Virus record (IMG/VR): IMGVR_UViG_3300042296_001032 | Source: a virus | Taxonomy: Duplodnaviria; Heunggongvirae; Uroviricota; Caudoviricetes | Direction: 5' to 3' (one strand) | Length of the DNA stretch: 64,000 bases | Part shown: one piece after another, positions 35,281 to 43,352 of the stretch | Layout of the letters: each line of letters starts with the position of its first letter | Numbering within the stretch: position 1 is the first letter of the stretch | Notes under the pieces: model-generated | Databases searched by the model: none | The model's input: the letters and a program-made list of their open reading frames with translations, nothing else | What the model was told of the DNA's origin: nothing | Made by a program: the position numbers and the translations under genes

Positions 35281-35976
35281 TTAATCAACAAATTCCAAAT
35301 GATTTGTGTTTTTATCCCATAAAACATTCACAGGTTTATTGCGGAACTCATATCGTCCATTTAACACAGCTGCGTTAATGTAGTGAGTATTTCCATCAAA
35401 CACATAACCATAACCTTCGTGGATGTGTCCAAATACGTGAATTTTTGGTTTGATTACTTCAACTCGTTTCATTAGTTCTTCACAACCAACATTTTGATTT
35501 GGGTATTTTACGTAATCCAATTTGCCAAATGGTGGTCCGTGAGTGATAAGAATGTCAGTACCAACTGTTATCATATCCCACTTCTCTTTTAAAGCTTGTC
35601 CTCTTGGTAAGTTAAATGCCCAATTATGAAATTCAGGTTGCCAAGGAGTACCCCAAACTTTAACCATATCGTCATAATCCTCATCACCAACCAATAAAAG
35701 TTCGTCTTGTAAATATTCAACTGTTTTATAACCAGTTAACAAACCTTTAGTTTCATTAGGTTGGTCTTGGAAACCAAAGTCGTGATTACCTGCTATGAAA
35801 ATTTTGTGGTCATAGTTATCAATTTTATCAAACCACTTAAGAAAATTTTCAATTTCAGTTTTATAACCTCTACTAGTGATATCACCAGCACAGATTAACA
35901 TATCACCACCAGGAAGAAAACCGTTAAGTTTCTCGTGTTTGGTGTGTGTGTCACTAATAAAGGTTAATTTTTTCAT
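35281..35976 (-). CDS. Calcineurin-like metallophosphoesterase
   Basis: Motifs ISDTHTKH, CAGDITSRG, AGNHD, GHIHEG. Confidence 0.7.
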   Translation of the reverse strand: MKKLTFISDTHTKHEKLNGFLPGGDMLICAGDITSRGYKTEIENFLKWFDKIDNYDHKIFIAGNHDFGFQDQPNETKGLLTGYKTVEYLQDELLLVGDEDYDDMVKVWGTPWQPEFHNWAFNLPRGQALKEKWDMITVGTDILITHGPPFGKLDYVKYPNQNVGCEELMKRVEVIKPKIHVFGHIHEGYGYVFDGNTHYINAAVLNGRYEFRNKPVNVLWDKNTNHLEFVD

Positions 35977-36019
35977 AATTACAAATATAAGGGTTATTGT
36001 TTAATTGGCAAAATAAAAG

Positions 36020-36102
36020 TACGTCAGGGGGGAGTCGAACCCCCACATCTTAACGATATTGGTTCCTAAAACCAACGCGTCTACCAATTCCGCCACTGAC
36101 GT
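36020..36102 (-). tRNA. tRNA-Leu (TAG), class II
   Basis: ACGTCAG-TG-GCGGAATTGGTAGACGC-G-TTGGT-TTTAGGA-ACCAA-TATCGTTAAGATGT-GGGGG-TTCGACT-CCCCC-CTGACGT-A. Confidence 0.7.
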
Positions 36103-36103
36103 A

Positions 36104-36180
36104 TGGAGCGGGTGGCGGGATTCAAACCCGCAACTCCCAGCTTGGAAGGCTAGTACTCTAGTCAATTGAGCTACACCCGC
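36104..36180 (-). tRNA. tRNA-Gly (TCC), CCA encoded
   Basis: GCGGGTG-TA-GCTC..GAGT-A-CTAGC-CTTCCAA-GCTGG-GAGTT-GCGGG-TTTGAAT-CCCGC-CACCCGC-T-CCA. Confidence 0.75.
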
Positions 36181-36377
36181 ATTTGTGGGAACCGCACCCC
36201 ACCCTGAACTTGTACTTTGTTCTATTAAGCGTTTTTTCTTTTAAAAATAAATTTTTTTATTCTTTTAATCAATTTATTTTTTTCTCTTTCTCCTCTAAAA
36301 ATTTCTCTATGTGATTCTAATTTACCTGTTAACACTATCTTCATTAATTTCTTTCTTTTTCTTTTGTTATTTTATTG

Positions 36378-36452
36378 TGGAGATACTCGGAATCGAACCG
36401 AGACATCTTCTGAATGCAAATCAGATGTTTTAGCCAATTAAACTATATCCCC
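36378..36452 (-). tRNA. tRNA-Ala (TGC) with a G3:U70 identity pair
   Basis: GGGGATA-TA-GTTT..AAAC-A-TCTGA-TTTGCAT-TCAGA-AGATG-TCTCG-GTTCGAT-TCCGAG-TATCTCC-A. Confidence 0.75.
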
Positions 36453-36457
36453 ATTAG

Positions 36458-36528
36458 TAGCGTGCTGTGGACTCGAACCACCCCTGAAGTTTATGAGACT
36501 CCCATGCAACCAATTACACCTTGCCGCA
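36458..36528 (-). tRNA. tRNA-like gene, CAT anticodon loop (CTCATAA); acceptor halves do not pair
   Basis: Good anticodon and T arms (GGAGT-CTCATAA-ACTTC; GGTGG-TTCGAGT-CCACA), but the 5' TGCGGCA and 3' GCACGCT are not complementary. Pseudogene or unusual tRNA. Confidence 0.3.
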
Positions 36529-36536
36529 ATATAATG

Positions 36537-36606
36537 TACCGAGTATGGGAATTGAACCCACTTGACCATCCTTATGAGAGATAGTTCTTTACCACTAAGC
36601 CTCGGT
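36537..36606 (-). tRNA. tRNA-like gene, CAT anticodon (third CAT tRNA in this array), short D-arm
   Basis: Acceptor ACCGAGG/ACTCGGT (6 of 7 pairs). Anticodon arm TATCT-CTCATAA-GGATG. T-arm GTGGG-TTCAATT-CCCAT. Confidence 0.4.
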
Positions 36607-36614
36607 GTGTTTTG

Positions 36615-36686
36615 TTCCCCCGCCGGGTAACGCTCCCAGCCCCACGGATTAAAAGTCCGTTGCCTACACTTGTTTGCTACGAGGGA
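36615..36686 (-). tRNA. Non-canonical tRNA-Lys (TTT)-like gene (T-loop AGCGTTA instead of TTCGAAT, weak D-arm)
   Basis: Acceptor TCCCTCG/CGGGGGA. Anticodon arm ACGGA-CTTTTAA-TCCGT. T-stem CTGGG/CCCGG. Confidence 0.35.
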
Positions 36687-36748
36687 TTGTGTTTGCCATA
36701 CTTGCCACTTTCCATAATCTGACGTTTTTATTTGTTTGTTATTAATTG

Positions 36749-36823
36749 AGCCTCATGTAGGAATCGAACCCACGGCCTTCTGAGTACAAATCAGACGCTC
36801 TAAGCCAGCTGAGCTAATGAGGC
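36749..36823 (-). tRNA. tRNA-Thr (TGT)
   Basis: GCCTCAT-TA-GCTC..GAGC-G-TCTGA-TTTGTAC-TCAGA-AGGCC-GTGGG-TTCGATT-CCTAC-ATGAGGC-T. Confidence 0.75.
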
Positions 36824-36832
36824 AATTTATTG

Positions 36833-36905
36833 TAGTTCCTACAGGGTTCGAACCTGTGACCTTCTCGATGTAAGCGAGTTGCTCTCCCAGCTGAGCTAAG
36901 GAACT
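36833..36905 (-). tRNA. tRNA-Val (TAC)
   Basis: AGTTCCT-TA-GCTC..GAGC-A-ACTCG-CTTACAT-CGAGA-AGGTC-ACAGG-TTCGAAC-CCTGT-AGGAACT-A. Confidence 0.75.
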
Positions 36906-36946
36906 GTTTAACCAACCTAGGGGTTACTAGGATTTATGGTTAGTTG

Positions 36947-37018
36947 CGGTCCATGCGAGAATCGAACTCGCGGCACATCCGTGACAGGGATGTATGTTGG
37001 CCACTACACCAATGGACC
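36947..37018 (-). tRNA. tRNA-Asp (GTC)
   Basis: GGTCCAT-TG-GTGT..ACAT-A-CATCC-CTGTCAC-GGATG-TGCC-GCGAG-TTCGATT-CTCGC-ATGGACC-G. Confidence 0.75.
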
Positions 37019-37025
37019 ATTTATG

Positions 37026-37115
37026 AGGAAGAGGTAGGATTCGAACCCACGGTACCCTTTCAAAGGTACTTCTGATTTCAAATCAGATGCAATAGACCAA
37101 CTCTGCCACCCTTCC
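37026..37115 (-). tRNA. tRNA-Ser (TGA), class II
   Basis: GGAAGGG..TCTGA-TTTGAAA-TCAGA. Long variable arm AGTACCTTTGAAAGGGTACC. GTGGG-TTCGAAT-CCTAC. Acceptor 3' strand CTCTTCC. Confidence 0.7.
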
Positions 37116-37142
37116 TTTTTTTAAACCGATATATCAAAGAAC

Positions 37143-37172
37143 AAAAAACCCTGAATCTTTTGGACCCAGGGT
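37143..37172 (-). terminator. Terminator AACCCTG-aatcttttggacc-CAGGGTT with T5 on the minus strand
   Basis: 7 bp stem plus T-run. Confidence 0.45.
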
Positions 37173-37192
37173 TATTCTATATATAGAGTAAA

Positions 37193-37300
37193 TTCAAATC
37201 AACAACTCCAGTATGACAACCCATGTCCGTAGAAAAGTGAATCCACTTTCCCATCAACCGTTTTAACGGTCCCTTGTTTGTATGTCATTGTTGTTTTCAT
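37193..37300 (-). CDS. Small protein (MKTTMTYKQGTVKTVDGKVDSLFYGHGLSYWSC), 35 aa
   Basis: Sits between a TACAAATATA -7 box (37341-37350) and the terminator at 37143-37172. Below the ORF-track cutoff. Confidence 0.3.
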
Positions 37301-37379
37301 TGAATTTATAAAAATTTTTGTTCGTATTAATTAAATATGGTACAAATATAGTAAAAGTTTATTAATTGTCAAACTATTT

Positions 37380-38057
37380 TTATTCTTTTTTTTCTGTTGC
37401 GTATTTTATACCCATAATGGTACCTACAATAGAAAATGCATTTGTTAATAGAATACCAAATATGTTAGACCAAGTAGCACTAATAACTTGAGTGTCTTTG
37501 CCCATTAATAATGTGAAGACATAAACACCAGTTGTTACAAAACCCACACCCATGATTATCCATAGAGCAACTCTAACAATGGTGGAGATTAGTTCATTTT
37601 GAGTTCTTTTTTGTAATAAATCTAAATCGTTTTCGGCCATATCTTTAGCTTTTTCCGCATCTATTCTAGCCTTTTCAGATTTAGCCATTTCATTTTTTAA
37701 CTCTTCAGTTAATCTAAGGTTATCTTCTTTCCACTCATTAAGTTCCTTATTCTGAACCTCATACGTCAACTTGGAATCCTCAACGTCTTTTAAAGTTTCC
37801 TGTAATTCTTCTAGAATTCTTTCGTTTTCATTATTTAAATTAGATAGTTCTTGATTTTGTTTTTGTATTTTTTTTGTCATATCAAGACGCTTCTTCCTTT
37901 TTTCGGTATCTCTTAATTCACAATCTTTTAAATAATCTTTAAATTCTTCATCATCCTCAGAATCAATTAATTTTGTGATATTACCCTCAAGACCTACATT
38001 TTTTTCTTTATATAAATCTATTAAACTTTTTTTAGTAAAACTTTCTATTTTAATCAT
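37380..38057 (-). CDS. Coiled-coil protein with a C-terminal two-TM anchor (last gene of the two-component operon)
   Basis: 225 aa. ATGA overlap with the receiver gene. Confidence 0.55.
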   Translation of the reverse strand: MIKIESFTKKSLIDLYKEKNVGLEGNITKLIDSEDDEEFKDYLKDCELRDTEKRKKRLDMTKKIQKQNQELSNLNNENERILEELQETLKDVEDSKLTYEVQNKELNEWKEDNLRLTEELKNEMAKSEKARIDAEKAKDMAENDLDLLQKRTQNELISTIVRVALWIIMGVGFVTTGVYVFTLLMGKDTQVISATWSNIFGILLTNAFSIVGTIMGIKYATEKKE

Positions 38058-38491
38058 TTGTAAACTTTAAATGGTGCGGTTCTATTTTTATAACCTTCGT
38101 AATCTTTTCTAAATTCTTCTAGTCTTGGTTCTATATCGTCTGATTTAATAATCCAAAACTGTGCTCCAGCTTGTAATGCTTTAGCTTGTTCATCTGGTTC
38201 ATTAGACGATGAAATTATACCAATAACCACATGGTTACCATATTCAAAGTTTATTTTTCTAATTAACTCAATACCATCAAAAGAACTACCAATAATATTT
38301 AAGTCAACAAAAACACATTCTGGTTTATTGTCTTCATTACCACTTTGGAACCATTTTTGGAATAGTTTTGCTGCTTCGTCAGAACTGTTTAACGCGTTTA
38401 AAGACAAACTTATATCTAATAAGGAACACGCATCCTCAAATACTAAATGGAATAAATCCTCGTCATCAACTAATAATATAGAATCAATCAT
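38054..38491 (-). CDS. Stand-alone response-regulator receiver (CheY-like) domain protein
   Basis: ILLVDDE acidic pocket, VFVDLNI phospho-acceptor Asp, IISSS, and WIIK conserved Lys region. No output domain. Confidence 0.65.
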   Translation of the reverse strand: MIDSILLVDDEDLFHLVFEDACSLLDISLSLNALNSSDEAAKLFQKWFQSGNEDNKPECVFVDLNIIGSSFDGIELIRKINFEYGNHVVIGIISSSNEPDEQAKALQAGAQFWIIKSDDIEPRLEEFRKDYEGYKNRTAPFKVYK

Positions 38492-38498
38492 TTTTTTT

Positions 38499-39902
38499 TT
38501 AATTTTTATTTAATTTAACCGTTATTTTTGTACCAGTGTTAATTTTTTCACACATCATACTAAAACCATGTTCTTCTAAAATTGTTTTGGTTATACCTAA
38601 ACCTAAACCAACTTCGGAATTACTCTTTTTATTTAAATATTCACCTGTTGTTCTTTCGAACTCTTTTTGTGAAAATCCAACACCATTATCTTCAATAATT
38701 AAATCATTATTATCCATGTAAATTTTAATTTCTTTATTTTCACTACTATTATATTTTAACCCATTTTTAATTAAATTATCAATAGCGTTCCAAAAAAGAG
38801 TTTCATTTACATTTAGTGTAACTAATTCACTAATTTCTACCTGATTTTTATATGATGTATTTGTTAAGTATTTTAATAAAGATTCTTTTATATCAACCAT
38901 ATTTCTATCTAAAACTACAGTATTTTTCACAAGGTTTGTAAACTCATAAACACTTTTATATACTTTTTGTGTGTGTGCCAAACCATCTTTTATCATTTTA
39001 ATTGAGGGTGTAATTTTTAAGTTATTCATTTCCTCAATTGAAATTCTTTTTTCTAATGACGATAACCCTCTTGGTATATAGGTGTTAATACCTGAATGCA
39101 TGTCGTGTCTAATTATTCTAGCCGCATATTCAAGGTAAGTGTTTTTCTTGTTAATGTCTTTTAATTGGTTTTCGATTTCTATGTCTTGGACTTTAATTGT
39201 TTTTCTTTGTAATAAAACAATAATACCTAAAACCAAAACAGAAAGAACAATTGTGGACCACCATAAATATTTTTTTAAGGTTTTTTTATCGGTAACTAAA
39301 TCATCATTTTTAACACTAAGATTAATGATATTTTTTTCTTTACCTAATATTTGTATAGTACTTGTTTTAGAACTGATAACTTCTTGACTAGCTTTATTTT
39401 TTAATAATTCTTTTTTTTCTTTTAATAGTTTTTGGAGTTTTGACTCTATCTCATCAGCAATTTTTTTTATATCTTTTTTAGATAAATTATCGTATGATTT
39501 TGGTAGGTCATCTAAAAATTTTTGGTCGGCTTTAATACTAGATAATTCTGAGTCACTTAACTCTTGTACGGGTTCTTCTTTAGGTGTGTCAAAAACTTTT
39601 TCAGGTTTTAAATCAACAACATCAATATAGGTACTAACCTTATCTAAATACCAATCTGACTCATCATACATACCTTTATTATAAAAAGAGATACCAATTT
39701 CTTGACATAAGCTTGATTGGTATTTAGTTAATTTTTTATTTGGTTCGTAATTTAATTTTTTAATTAAACTAGTTATACGACTATCACTAGGACATGTAGG
39801 TTCAATCTCTGTTTTTTTGGGGTTATTATCAGTCTGTGAATTTACATTTAAAGAAGTAAAAAAACCCAAAAACATTATTGTTATTAAAATATTTTTTATC
39901 AT
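38499..39902 (-). CDS. Sensor histidine kinase (signal peptide, extracytoplasmic domain, TM, divergent HisKA, HATPase_c)
   Basis: N-box NAIDNLIKNGLKYN, G1 DNGVGF, G2 GLGLGI. H-box is divergent (RIIRHDMHSGINTY instead of SHELRTPL). Confidence 0.7.
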   Translation of the reverse strand: MIKNILITIMFLGFFTSLNVNSQTDNNPKKTEIEPTCPSDSRITSLIKKLNYEPNKKLTKYQSSLCQEIGISFYNKGMYDESDWYLDKVSTYIDVVDLKPEKVFDTPKEEPVQELSDSELSSIKADQKFLDDLPKSYDNLSKKDIKKIADEIESKLQKLLKEKKELLKNKASQEVISSKTSTIQILGKEKNIINLSVKNDDLVTDKKTLKKYLWWSTIVLSVLVLGIIVLLQRKTIKVQDIEIENQLKDINKKNTYLEYAARIIRHDMHSGINTYIPRGLSSLEKRISIEEMNNLKITPSIKMIKDGLAHTQKVYKSVYEFTNLVKNTVVLDRNMVDIKESLLKYLTNTSYKNQVEISELVTLNVNETLFWNAIDNLIKNGLKYNSSENKEIKIYMDNNDLIIEDNGVGFSQKEFERTTGEYLNKKSNSEVGLGLGITKTILEEHGFSMMCEKINTGTKITVKLNKN

Positions 39903-40513
39903 AATTTTGGGGTTAATTTATATGGGAATAATACTATTCTTGGTTTATATTTTGGGGATATATTTAATTCCCAACCAATCTCAGGACTTTCTTCTTTAAG
40001 TAGATTTATTTGTTTCCAATAATATATATTAGTAACATCACCTCTTGTAATTAAACTATAATTACCACTTCCTCTATGCGATACTAACATATACAAACTT
40101 AAATCAATAACTTTAACTGTTGAGTCTTGCCAAGAATAATATAGGTACCCATTATCTATCGACGACGATAAAATCCAATTCTCTAACGTATCTATTTTAG
40201 AAATTAAACTATCGTAATAATTGTTTTGGACGGTTAACAAACTATCCAATTGGTTAATAACACTATCTTTTATTTTAATATCGTTATTTAATAACGTGTT
40301 AGTATCATTAACTAATTTTATTTCTGTTTTATATTTTTGTATTCTAATTTTTTGATTCTCAATTAGTGAATTAATATCATCAGATTGTTTTTTTGTAAGA
40401 ATAACCACAGAATCACCTTTTAATTGTGTCTGGATAGGGTAGGTTGGTTGTGAATACACTATACTTACCATACTTATGAAAAATATGGTTAATAAATTTT
40501 TTAGTTTTATCAT
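39899..40513 (-). CDS. Secreted protein (signal peptide MIKLKNLLTIFFISMVSIVYSQ) inside the two-component operon
   Basis: ATGA overlaps on both sides. Confidence 0.5.
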   Translation of the reverse strand: MIKLKNLLTIFFISMVSIVYSQPTYPIQTQLKGDSVVILTKKQSDDINSLIENQKIRIQKYKTEIKLVNDTNTLLNNDIKIKDSVINQLDSLLTVQNNYYDSLISKIDTLENWILSSSIDNGYLYYSWQDSTVKVIDLSLYMLVSHRGSGNYSLITRGDVTNIYYWKQINLLKEESPEIGWELNISPKYKPRIVLFPYKLTPKL

Positions 40514-42435
40514 TTTAGTTCAATTTTCATTTTTGTCCCTATGTCATTTTTCTCACACGAAATATTAAATTTATGTTCTTCTAAAATAGCTACACATATA
40601 TTAAGCCCTAGACCAGTTCCAGATTCTTTTTGGCCTTCTTTTCTGGTATATGGTTGGGATAAATGAATAAAATCTTTTTGTGTAATCCCTCTACCGTTGT
40701 CTTGTATAATTAGATTACCATCTTCCATATATATTTTAACAAATTTTGTATTACTATCATTATACTTTAACCCATTACGAATTAAATTATCGACTGCGGT
40801 ACAGAATAATGGTTCATTAACTTCTATCGTTGGTAACTCATCAATAATAACTTGACTACTATATGCTGTCGCTGATAAATAATCCTCAAGTATATCTTTT
40901 AAATTACATTCCGTTTTATTTAAAACAACATCTTTCTTTACAAGATTTGTAAATTCGTAAACCCCTTTATATACTTTTTGGGAATGTTTTAAACCCTCTT
41001 TAATCATTTTAATTGGGGCCTCAATTTTTAAAGTTTTAATATCTTCGGGGGTTAATCTTCTTTCTAAAGAACTTAATCCTCTTGGCATATAAGTATTAAT
41101 ACCTGAATGCATATCGTGTCTTAATATTTTAGCCGCATGTTCTAGGTAAGTGTTTTTCTTTTCAATTTCTTTCTTTTGTTCGTAGGAATTGGTGATATCT
41201 GTCGCGATTTTCATAACACGATAAACCTTACCATCTAAACCGATAACTGGATTGTATGTTGCTTGTAGATACACTAAAGAACCGTCTTTTTTAATTCTAG
41301 TAATTTCACCGGTAAATAACACCCCTTCATTTAATTTTTCCCAAAAAAGAGAGTATTCTTCACTTTTTGAGTATTCCTCATCTATAAAAATTCTATGGTG
41401 TTTTCCAACTACTTCATCCTGTAAAGAATATCCCATAGTTTCTAAAAACAAATTATTAGCAAAAATGATGTTTCCTTCTAAATCAAACTCAATAACTGCG
41501 TTAGATTTATTTATCGCGTTCATTCTATTGCGAATTTCAACTTCCTTTTTTTTAAGTTCTGTAACATCTTGTCTTATTGAAGCAAATCCATCCAATTTAC
41601 CATCGGTATCAAAAATTGCTCTAATAAAAGTATCAACGTAATATAATTCTCCTGATTTTCCTTTATTGGTAACAACGTCATTCCATACATCACCTTTCAT
41701 TACCGTTTCATACATTTTACCCCAATATCCATCAGGTTGTAATCCCGAATTAACAATAACATGGTCTTTACCAACTACCTCATCCAAAGACCACCCAGAA
41801 ACATCCTCAAATTTTTTATTAACATATGTAATTTTACCTCTTTTATCAGCAGTAGATATAATTGTCGATACGTCAATAAATTTTTCTGTTTCTTCTATTT
41901 TTTTATTTAAATTGTTTGTTTCTTTTATTGAATAAGCAAAAGTGTATAAAGAAGATAATAATTGAGTAAAATCAACCTCAAAAGAATCCCATTCACGTAA
42001 TGTAAAACTTTCAATACATATAACACCAATAGTTTCCCCAAAATAAATGATAGGTACATCTAACATAGATTTAATACCCAGTGGTTTTAAATAACCATCA
42101 GTAAAACAAGATGTTGCTGGATGTTTTTCAGCATCATTAGCTATTATTATTGGGTTCTTTATTAATTCTTCGAAATACGGTCCAAAATCCTTTTCAAAGA
42201 TTTCTAAACCATCATACCACATATTTTCAGATTTAACATATAATTGTTGGCAAACAATAGATGTTTTATTTTTGTTGTATAACCATATAGAACATCTATC
42301 AACATTAATTGAGTCTACAACTTCTTTAGTTAGAATTTTAGAACCTTCTACTATATCCCCTTTATAAAAAAGAGGGTTATGTGTTTGTGAAATTAAAGTT
42401 TTATTTAATTTATTAATGTAAAAATTTTTATCCAT
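40510..42435 (-). CDS. Cytoplasmic sensor histidine kinase with GAF and tandem PAS domains, same divergent H-box (KILRHDMHSGINTY)
   Basis: N-box NLIRNGLKYN, G1 DNGRGI, G2 GTGLGLNI. PAS-like KRGKITYVNKKFEDVSGWSLDEVVGK repeats. Confidence 0.7.
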   Translation of the reverse strand: MDKNFYINKLNKTLISQTHNPLFYKGDIVEGSKILTKEVVDSINVDRCSIWLYNKNKTSIVCQQLYVKSENMWYDGLEIFEKDFGPYFEELIKNPIIIANDAEKHPATSCFTDGYLKPLGIKSMLDVPIIYFGETIGVICIESFTLREWDSFEVDFTQLLSSLYTFAYSIKETNNLNKKIEETEKFIDVSTIISTADKRGKITYVNKKFEDVSGWSLDEVVGKDHVIVNSGLQPDGYWGKMYETVMKGDVWNDVVTNKGKSGELYYVDTFIRAIFDTDGKLDGFASIRQDVTELKKKEVEIRNRMNAINKSNAVIEFDLEGNIIFANNLFLETMGYSLQDEVVGKHHRIFIDEEYSKSEEYSLFWEKLNEGVLFTGEITRIKKDGSLVYLQATYNPVIGLDGKVYRVMKIATDITNSYEQKKEIEKKNTYLEHAAKILRHDMHSGINTYMPRGLSSLERRLTPEDIKTLKIEAPIKMIKEGLKHSQKVYKGVYEFTNLVKKDVVLNKTECNLKDILEDYLSATAYSSQVIIDELPTIEVNEPLFCTAVDNLIRNGLKYNDSNTKFVKIYMEDGNLIIQDNGRGITQKDFIHLSQPYTRKEGQKESGTGLGLNICVAILEEHKFNISCEKNDIGTKMKIELK

Positions 42436-42459
42436 ATCAATAAGTATTAATTGGAGTTA

Positions 42460-43209
42460 TTAAAGATTAAAATATTTTCTTCCATCAATAACTTCTGGGT
42501 TGTTAAAATTTTTATAATAATTACCTATGTAATTTTCTACGTTATCCATAAAACCACCCCAGTCTTCGTTGTTATGTTCATTGGCCCCACCATAAGCTAC
42601 TACACCATTTAAACCTATAACTAAATGGTGTAAATAATCATAAGAAGTGAAAGGTCTTAATTCTTCTAAATTACCACTATAGGTATAAAGGTCCTCATCA
42701 AATTCTAATAAACCATCTATAACAATATTATACTCATCCTCAATAATCAGTGGTTCAAAAATAATTATCTTGTTTCTAAATGATGGGTTACTTTCTATAA
42801 TCCAATTTAACTCTTCAGACTCATTTAATCTATCTTTAAAGATATCACCTAATTTATATTCTATATATGGTTTACCGTCTAAATCTTCCATAGCTTTCCA
42901 ATATTTATGTTCATCAAATAAAGCTTTTGTATCACCATACCCAGCTCTTTTTTCACCATTTTGAGCTATGTAAGATTTAACATATGCAGACCCATTTCTA
43001 GAATATGTTAATAAACTTTTTACAAAATCTGACTTTGATGTACTAATTTCTATATTAACTTCCAAAAGCATATCATATAATTTATTAATCTCTGATTCAG
43101 TGGCAGATTTATCTAACCATACAACAACAAGTGGGTCATCACTCATAAACGGATTAAGTGTACCCATATTAGTCCAACTAAAATCATCGAATTCTCTAAT
43201 TAACTTCAT
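42460..43209 (-). CDS. Hypothetical acidic protein
   Basis: 249 aa ORF. Confidence 0.5.
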   Translation of the reverse strand: MKLIREFDDFSWTNMGTLNPFMSDDPLVVVWLDKSATESEINKLYDMLLEVNIEISTSKSDFVKSLLTYSRNGSAYVKSYIAQNGEKRAGYGDTKALFDEHKYWKAMEDLDGKPYIEYKLGDIFKDRLNESEELNWIIESNPSFRNKIIIFEPLIIEDEYNIVIDGLLEFDEDLYTYSGNLEELRPFTSYDYLHHLVIGLNGVVAYGGANEHNNEDWGGFMDNVENYIGNYYKNFNNPEVIDGRKYFNL

Positions 43210-43352
43210 ATAATATAAATATTCTATTTAATCGTAAATTTAAAAAATAAGCCAAAAGTACTAGATATTCTCCAATCCCACCTTTTGGGATAAGTGTTCC
43301 TTCTATTTACATTTAAATACGTCTTAATATTATATTTATAAATAAAAAAAAA

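Noticed and set aside
35977-35990. TACAAATATA box at 35980-35989 as promoter of the metallophosphoesterase gene
   Set aside because: It lies only about 4 nt from the ATG at 35976, too close for a -7 element. Probably a coincidental AT-rich match.
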